64,000 nucleotides of DNA from the human T2T-CHM13v2.0 reference genome, Homo sapiens, in the NCBI GenBank assembly GCA_009914755.4, contig CP068257.2, positions 34,656,001 to 34,720,000 of the forward strand, given 5' to 3'. The notes under the pieces were generated by a model. The model was given only the letters and a program-made list of their open reading frames with translations. It did no database searches and was not told where the DNA came from. Shown in pieces: positions 55,229 to 64,000 of the stretch (position 1 is the stretch's first letter; every line of letters begins with the position of its first letter). The position numbers and the translations under genes were made by a program.

Positions 55229-55363
55229 CAATTTTTTGTATTTTTAATAGAGACAGGGTTTCACCATGTCAACGAGGCTGGTCTTGTACTCCTGACCTCT
55301 GGTGATCCACTTGCCTCAGCCTCCCAAAGTGCTGGGATTACAGGTGTGAGCCACTGGGCCCAG
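55229..55363 (-). mobile_element. Alu monomer-like fragment
   Basis: tagagacagggtttcaccatgtcaacgaggctggtcttgtactcctgacctctggtgatccacttgcctcagcctcccaaagtgctgggattacaggtgtgagccactgggcccag. Confidence 0.7.
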
Positions 55364-55600
55364 TCTGTAATATCCTTTACATTGTATCTTTTAGCTTCCC
55401 TGGGCCACATTGGAAGAATTGTCTTGGGCCACATTGGAAGAAGAATTGTCTTGGGCCACACACACATAAAATATACTAACGATAGCTGATGAGGTAAAAA
55501 AAAAAAAAAAGAAAAAGAAATTGTAACGATAGCTGATGAACTACAACAACAACAAAAAAAATCACGAAAGAAACTTCATAACGTTTTAAGAAAGTTTACA

Positions 55601-55991
<391 letters not shown>

Positions 55992-56439
55992 TTACAATGA
56001 ATCAGTGTTTTTTTTGGGTTTTGTGAGCATTATAGCACATTATCAAACATGAGGGGAATCATGTGAATGCCCAATTTATGGTTGGTCTGTCAGAAGTACA
56101 GGAGACTAAGGGTTTATAGTAGTTGACTAATTTCTCCTTGTTTGGTAGTATAAACCAAAAATAAAATTCTAAGGCTCTTCCAACCATTTTAATGGACTTC
56201 CTTCTCAGCCAGGGCACTCTTAACATTTAATCTGAAAGACTAGTTCAGGCCATGACAGGAAGTTGGGGTCAGACCTGCTTCATTATACTGCTCTGGCGTA
56301 ACATCACATAACAAGGAAAGAAATAAAAATAATTCTAAATAGATTTCCTTGTCATATCTTGAAATTGCCTTGCAAAGTTTGTCTCTTGTGGAAAAAAATG
56401 TACATTGTGTAGAGAATCCTCTTTTCCCTTTTTTCTTTT

Positions 56440-56770
<331 letters not shown>

Positions 56771-57906
56771 ATTCCCTTTTTTTTTTCTTTCCAGATCCAG
56801 GAGATAATCAATTAAGAGTCAGGCACCCTTTTCAGTCTCATAAGAAAACATTTTACAGCCTCTTCTGTCTTATGCCTGCTAGCTAAGAGCTTCCTCTGCG
56901 TAGTAAAACTTTGGTCTCCACAATCCTTGTCTTAACCCAAACATTTCCTCTCTGTTGATCCCAGGTCCTTAGACAAACTCAACCAATCTTAACCAGAAAA
57001 TGTATAAATTTACCTATAGCCTGGAAGTCCCCGCTTTGACTTGTCTCGCCTTTCTGAAACAAACCAATGTACATCTTAAATGTATTTCATTGATACCTCA
57101 TACCACCCTAAAATATATAAAACCAGGCTGCTCCCCGACCACCTCAGGCACATGTTCTCAGGACCACCTGAGGGCTGTGTCATGGGCCATGGTCACTCAT
57201 ATTTGGCTCAGAATAAACATCTTCAAATATTTTACAAACTTTGACTCTTTTTAGTCGACAGTAGCCAGAGGTTTTACACCCCAAGGCCATGTCCCATGGT
57301 TAAGATGTAGAGTGGGGGAGGAGTGTATCATTCTTTTATCAGTGGTAGAATGATATTTGTACAGGGGAGAAGGTGGGACAGGAAAGTTTTCCTGATGGCT
57401 CACTTTTGAGAAAAGACTTCTTGTGCAAGATGAAGAGCTGGAAATTTAGTTTCATTAAGAACTGTTTGTGATGTGTGCTTTAGAAAGTCTTGAGTTACCT
57501 ATACTCCATATTTCACGGATGTATGCTGTATTATGTGATGTCTGCCAGAGCAAGTCTAAATTGCATATATACCAGTTTGAACAGTCTTCTTCAGGATACT
57601 GTTTCTCACTTGTGTGCTTCAACTTAATGGTAAATGAAGGTTTTGGAATTGTCCAGAAGCAAGTGTGGACAGAGGAGAAGTAGACCTTTCTGACACCTTG
57701 TGGCAGCACGTGAGCACTACAGATGTGGTTGGCTTGATCTACAGTCTAATCATATTTTTAGGGCTCTTCACACTGCAAAGTGCTTTCCACCTTTTTTCCC
57801 CTTATTAGGAGAGAATCTGTTCAGAATGAACAAAAAAATTGCATGAAAATTCTCTGCATACTGAAATTTTTAAGGCTCTGCCTTTTAAAACTACTTGTGT
57901 GTTTTT

Positions 57907-58220
57907 GGCCAGGCACGGTGGCTCATGCCTGTAATCCCAGCACTTTGGGAGGCTGAGGTAGGCAGATCACGAGGTCAGGAGATTGAGACCATCCTGCCTA
58001 ACACGGTGAAACCCCGTCTCTACTAAAAATACAAAAAATTAGCTGGGCATGGTGGTGGGCACCTGTAGTCCCAGCTACTCGGGAGGCTGAGGCAGGAGAA
58101 TGGTGTAAGTAAACCCGGCGGGCGGAGCTTGCAGTGAGCTGAGATGGCGCCACTGCACTCCAGCCTGGGCAGCAGAGCGAGACTCCATCTCAAAAAAACA
58201 AAAAACAAACAAACAAAAAA
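57907..58220 (+). mobile_element. AluY with intact 17-bp TSD actacttgtgtgttttt
   Basis: ggccaggcacggtggctcatgcctg … atcacgaggtcaggagattgagaccatcctgcctaacacggtgaaaccccgtctc … tail aaaaaaacaaaaaacaaacaaacaaaaaaa. The TSD is at 57890-57906 and 58221-58237. Confidence 0.9.
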
Positions 58221-58390
58221 ACTACTTGTGTGTTTTTATACATTTGGTACGTACCACTACTCAGGAACTTAAGAGAGTTCCCAATAGCATGAGGTTGACT
58301 GGCATATTCTTCCATAATGAATTGTGAGTAAAATCAGGCATAAAAGCCTTGGGAATTAAGATGCAATGCAAATTTGTTGCATTGCGTTCA

Positions 58391-59042
<652 letters not shown>

Positions 59043-59358
59043 GACAGGCTTCAGAACCGGAACAGGTTCTAAGCACTCTGGCCTGCAACGTGATCAGGCA
59101 ATATTTATGGACAAAACAAAAGTGAGATACAGAAATAGTTTAATTGGTTGCAGCTTGGCATTTTGCCTTATTTAAATCAGCTGGTGACCTGTGATTGACC
59201 GAAGATGGGATTCTGTAGTTGACTGAGACTCAGCTGTTTGTTACTGGAGTACAAATTGCCCTAAGTTAGAAGAATTTGTACAGTTAGTTTTCATACTATT
59301 AGGTTGTAGTTCCTTATGTACTGACTCGAGTATGGAGGCATCCTCAGGCCAAGTTTAG

Positions 59359-59680
<322 letters not shown>

Positions 59681-60240
59681 CAACAATTGGAACTCTTATT
59701 TGAATTCTTTGAAGAGTTTGTAGATGTATACTACTCCACTGCTGCAAGTTCAGCTATAATGAACTTGGAGTAAATAATGAAGTCACAGTGCCAGAAAAAC
59801 TTAGTGATCAAGCACAGTTAAGTTTATTAGGCCTGATACACGTAGGAGAAAGTGCCTCCTTGACAAAGTCTTAGTTGTGTCTCAGAATAGAGAAATTAGG
59901 AAATGGTGTTTATAGGATTTTAGGGCCTTGGCTGGATCATTTTAAGGTAGGTCTTGGCAAGGTATGTCCCTATTTGGGATTGGACAGTTATGACATTGTA
60001 GACATAAAGAGGGCAAGGGTTTTGAACCAAGTCTTGGTGAGTAAGCTGTTTAGTTGGTTCCCAGTGTTATCTTCCAAGAATCGTATATTCTAGATTGTAT
60101 CTTCCAGATGTATCCTGGAGCAAGCAGCTAAGTCACTTTTGTTTGGTCTCAATGTTGTTTAACACAGGGATAAAAATACTGGTTTTTATTTTCAAAAGTA
60201 AGACCTGAATTAATTTACATGGACCTTTTGTTTGTTTCAG

Positions 60241-60313
60241 CTTTGCCCGAAGTTTTTACATACAAATTCTACTAGTCACACCTGGCCATTCAGTGCAGTT
60301 GCTGAATTAATAG
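60241..60313 (+). CDS. MORC3: MORC3 exon 2 ([24 protein letters not shown], +1 nt)
   Basis: Acceptor ttgtttgtttcAG at 60239-60240 and donor GTATGT at 60314. The exon starts in phase 0 after exon 1. The peptide continues MORC3. Confidence 0.9.
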
Positions 60314-60362
60314 GTATGTAGTTTGACATTTCATATACCATTTGTTGCTTACAATTGTAGTG

Positions 60363-60680
60363 TTTTTTTTTTTGTTTTGTTTTGTTTTTTTTTTTTAAAC
60401 AGAGTCTCTCTCTGTCGCCCAGGCTGGAGTGCAGTGGCGCAGTCTCGGCTCACTGCAAGCTCTGCCTCCTGGGTACACGCTATTCTCCTGCCTCAGCCTC
60501 CTGAGTAGCTGGGACTACAGGCACCTGCCACCACGACCAGCTAATTTTTTTGTATTTTTTTTTAGTAGAGACGGGGTTTCACTGTGTTAGCCAGGATGGT
60601 CTCGATCTCCTGACCTCGTGATCCGCCCGCCTCAGCCTCCCAAAGTGCTGGGATTACAGGTGTGAGCCACCGCACCCGGC
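60363..60680 (-). mobile_element. AluY in MORC3 intron 2, 50 bp downstream of exon 2
   Basis: T-rich, aacagagtctctctctgtcgcccaggctggagtgcagtggcgcagtctcggctcactgcaagctctgcctcctgggtacacgctattctcc … gtgttagccaggatggtctcgatctcctgacctcgtgatccgcccgcc … gccaccgcacccggcc. Confidence 0.9.
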
Positions 60681-60681
60681 C

Positions 60682-60850
60682 TACAAAAATATTTTAAAAA
60701 TCAGCTGGGTATGGTGGTGCAGGCCTGTGGTCCCGGCTACTCAGGAGGCTGAGGTGGGAGGATCACGTGAGACCGGGAAGTTGAGGCTGCAATGAGCCGT
60801 GATTGTGCCATTGCATTCCAGCCTGGGCAGGCGACAAAGCAAGAAAAAAA
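60682..60850 (+). mobile_element. Alu right-arm fragment (older Alu apparently disrupted by the AluY insertion)
   Basis: atcagctgggtatggtggtgcaggcctgtggtcccggctactcaggaggctgaggtgggaggatcacgtgagaccgggaagttgaggctgcaatgagccgtgattgtgccattgcattccagcc … A-tail. Confidence 0.75.
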
Positions 60851-61074
60851 ACAGATACCTTGAATGATAACATTAATGATAAAAATTGCATAGCATAACA
60901 GCTATTCACATGGATGTCAGATTAGTCACTGTTCAGCTTTCTCTTTAATACTACCCAAGTATTTCATAGTGTTTAGGATTTACTTTGCTAAGTTCCTGAA
61001 GTGTTTATATTGAAAATATTTTTATTTTTATTATAAAAGTAAACAGTGAGAATTATGGGGAATTTGTTTGCTTA

Positions 61075-61193
61075 TTTTGAGATGAGGTCTCACCATGTTG
61101 TCCAGGCTGGTCTCAAACTCCTGGGCTCAGGCGATCCTCCCACCTCAGCCTCAGGAGTATCTGGGATTACAAGTGTGCACCACAGTGACTGGC
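61075..61193 (-). mobile_element. Alu monomer-like fragment
   Basis: ttgagatgaggtctcaccatgttgtccaggctggtctcaaactcctgggctcaggcgatcctcccacctcagcctcaggagtatctgggattacaagtgtgcaccacagtgactggc. Confidence 0.65.
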
Positions 61194-61441
61194 AGAATTA
61201 TGTTTATTAGTAGTACAAAAGTATGTGTAACATACAGCATGGATTCATTTTTCTGGTATCAATAGGAGGATTGGTATTGTGTTAGATATGTAATAAGTTC
61301 TTGCTTCTTTCAATAAATGGGAAGTTTAAGGTTTAGGATTGTATTTTAACAGCATTTCAATGAACGTGAGAAAGCGGCAAGGTTGCGGTCTGATTTGCAT
61401 TTATGGGTCATGATTTTTTTCTTGGGAAAAATTCATGCATA

Positions 61442-61745
61442 GGCTGGGCACACAGTTGTTCACACCTGTAATCCCAACACTTTGGGAGGCTGAGGCAGGA
61501 GGATCACATGAGCCCAGGAGTTGGGGCCCACCCTGAGAAACATAGTGGGACCCCATCTCTACAAAAAATACAAAAATTCGCCAGGGTGGTGGTGCACACC
61601 TGTAGTCCTAGTGACTCGGGAGTCTGAGGTGGGAGGATCACTCGAGCCAGGGAAGTCAAGGCTGCAGCAGAGTGAGTCTTCCTCCAGCCTGGGCTACAGT
61701 GAGACCCTGTCTCCAGAAAAAAGGAAAAGAAAAAGAAAAGAAAAA
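61442..61745 (+). mobile_element. Alu (AluJ-like, diverged)
   Basis: ggctgggcacacagttgttcacacctgtaatcccaacactttgggaggctgaggcaggaggatcacatgagcccaggagttggggcc … tail (gaaaa)n. Confidence 0.85.
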
Positions 61746-61838
61746 TTCATGCACACAAACATAAGCCTAATTGAAAAATTTAGGCATATGTTTAAGAAAC
61801 AGATAATAAAGGGAAATTGTATTCTTAGGAATTCTTAG

Positions 61839-62208
<370 letters not shown>

Positions 62209-62502
62209 TATTTTTCATTTTTAAACGTATTTCTTCCTACACCTATTCTGAGAGAAATGAGTATGCTAAACAAGGATGTTAAATGGAGAAGTATACAGAA
62301 ATAAAAATGTAAAAGCCACCAGAAACTTGGTTTAACTTGGTTAAACTGAAAAGGATCACAATTTAAAGAAATAGTAGAAAGTAAATCTTCCATCCTTGTA
62401 TGTAACTTAGCAGAAAATGTTGCTGCCTTTTCATTTATTTATTGATTATTGTGTACCTTCCATTGACACTCAGATCTCTTTCCCCTACAATAGCCAGGTT
62501 AG

Positions 62503-63133
<631 letters not shown>

Positions 63134-63466
63134 GACTTAGTCCATCTTTTAATCATCTCTGCAGTGTAGTGATTTTTCTTCCTTTGTACTTCTTTGGTGT
63201 GCTGGGTACCAGTCTTTGCTGTCTCTTTAACATGGAGGGTGTTAATTCTATAATAGTCAATTAATATATACCAGGATGCAGTTTATTTTCATGTTTTTAA
63301 ATCTTATTTTCATGTTTAAAATCTTTAAATTTTAAAGCTGCTAAAAATTGCAGCTTTTAAAGTTGTCTTAAAACATAGTCTTCTATTGCTTCTTACAGGA
63401 TTGTTCTGAACTAATTGCTCTTTTTAAAGTGTAAAATCAGAATTTCTTCAAACTTGTGTTTCCCAG

Positions 63467-63599
63467 ATAATGCTTATGATCCTGATGTGAACGCTAAACA
63501 AATATGGATTGACAAAACAGTGATAAATGACCATATATGCTTGACATTCACCGACAATGGGAATGGTATGACTTCTGATAAATTACATAAAATGCTAAG
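63467..63599 (+). CDS. MORC3: MORC3 exon 3 ([44 protein letters not shown], start of the GHKL ATPase domain)
   Basis: Acceptor tgtgtttcccAG at 63465-63466 and donor GTAGGT at 63600. The phase is consistent with exon 2. The N-box-like motif of GHKL ATPases ([10 protein letters not shown]) is present. Confidence 0.9.
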
Positions 63600-64000
63600 G
63601 TAGGTAAAAATGTGCCACACTTCTTAAAATTGTTGCTTTTACCTAAAGGGTTTTCCATGCCATACTTACTATTCTTGGTTTTTGTTTTTTGAAATGAAAT
63701 GCTGTATGTACAGTGTGAGCTGTTCTCTAAGCATGATTTTCTACTACTGGTAGATGATGAGTCAGTCTTCACCACTGTCATCACCTACCCCACCCTACTT
63801 CCAACTCCCTAAAAGTCCACCATTCCTTTAGAGTTGTAGTATATTTATATCAATTACTGATAACTTTAGTGTAAATTAGGTTTAACCATTGTTTGTAATA
63901 AAACCTACCACTTTGTTGGGAGTAACTTTTAGAGGAAGAGATTCATGGGGTGAAATCTCACCGTCCCGGAAGCATGGGTTATACTCAGCTATTTAGTCAG

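Overview
This window is primate, almost certainly human, genomic DNA. It is not a prokaryotic or viral locus. It matches the chr21q22 interval where the 3' end of DOP1B (DOPEY2) abuts the 5' end of MORC3; both genes are on the + strand.

MORC3. I can read its first three coding exons directly. Exon 1 starts at ATG 46853 and translates MAAQPPRGIRLSA before a GTGAGC donor. Exon 2 is 60241-60313 and exon 3 is 63467-63599. The joined translation is [82 protein letters not shown], the MORC GHKL-ATPase N-terminus. Exon 1 sits in a roughly 1-kb TATA-less CpG island. That island carries a palindromic NRF1 site (GCGCATGCGC), two ETS/GABP GGAA sites, and a YY1 core (AAGATGGCGGC) that overlaps the start codon.

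DOP1B. Upstream of MORC3 I reconstructed ten phase-consistent terminal coding exons on the + strand, from 3586 to the TAA stop at 20124-20126, followed by a 3' UTR. I assign them to DOP1B from position and protein character.

Intergenic region. A minus-strand SRSF9 processed pseudogene (retrocopy) lies at about 21297-22335. It has a 129-bp in-frame internal gap.

Repeats. About 100 Alu-derived segments are present, on the order of 40% of the window by hand tally. Many sit in tandem clusters or in head-to-head and tail-to-tail inverted pairs. There is one 5'-intact but internally deleted L1 (minus strand, 39893-43723) with target-site duplications. There are also several 5'-truncated L1 3'-end fragments, two MaLR/THE1-type solo LTRs (one nested inside an old Alu), a MIR fragment, and several microsatellites ((AC)n, (GT)n, (TTTA)n, (GTTT)n).

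Most entries in the supplied ORF track are translations of Alu or L1 sequence or of the GC-rich CpG island, not genes. I see no CRISPR array, no operon-like organisation, no tRNA or rRNA, and no evidence of a novel biological system. This is an ordinary, Alu-saturated, gene-dense human interval. The observations below are modest.

Coordinates for repeats are hand-estimated to about +/-10 bp. Gene and subfamily assignments rest on recognised peptide and consensus sequence, not on a database search.
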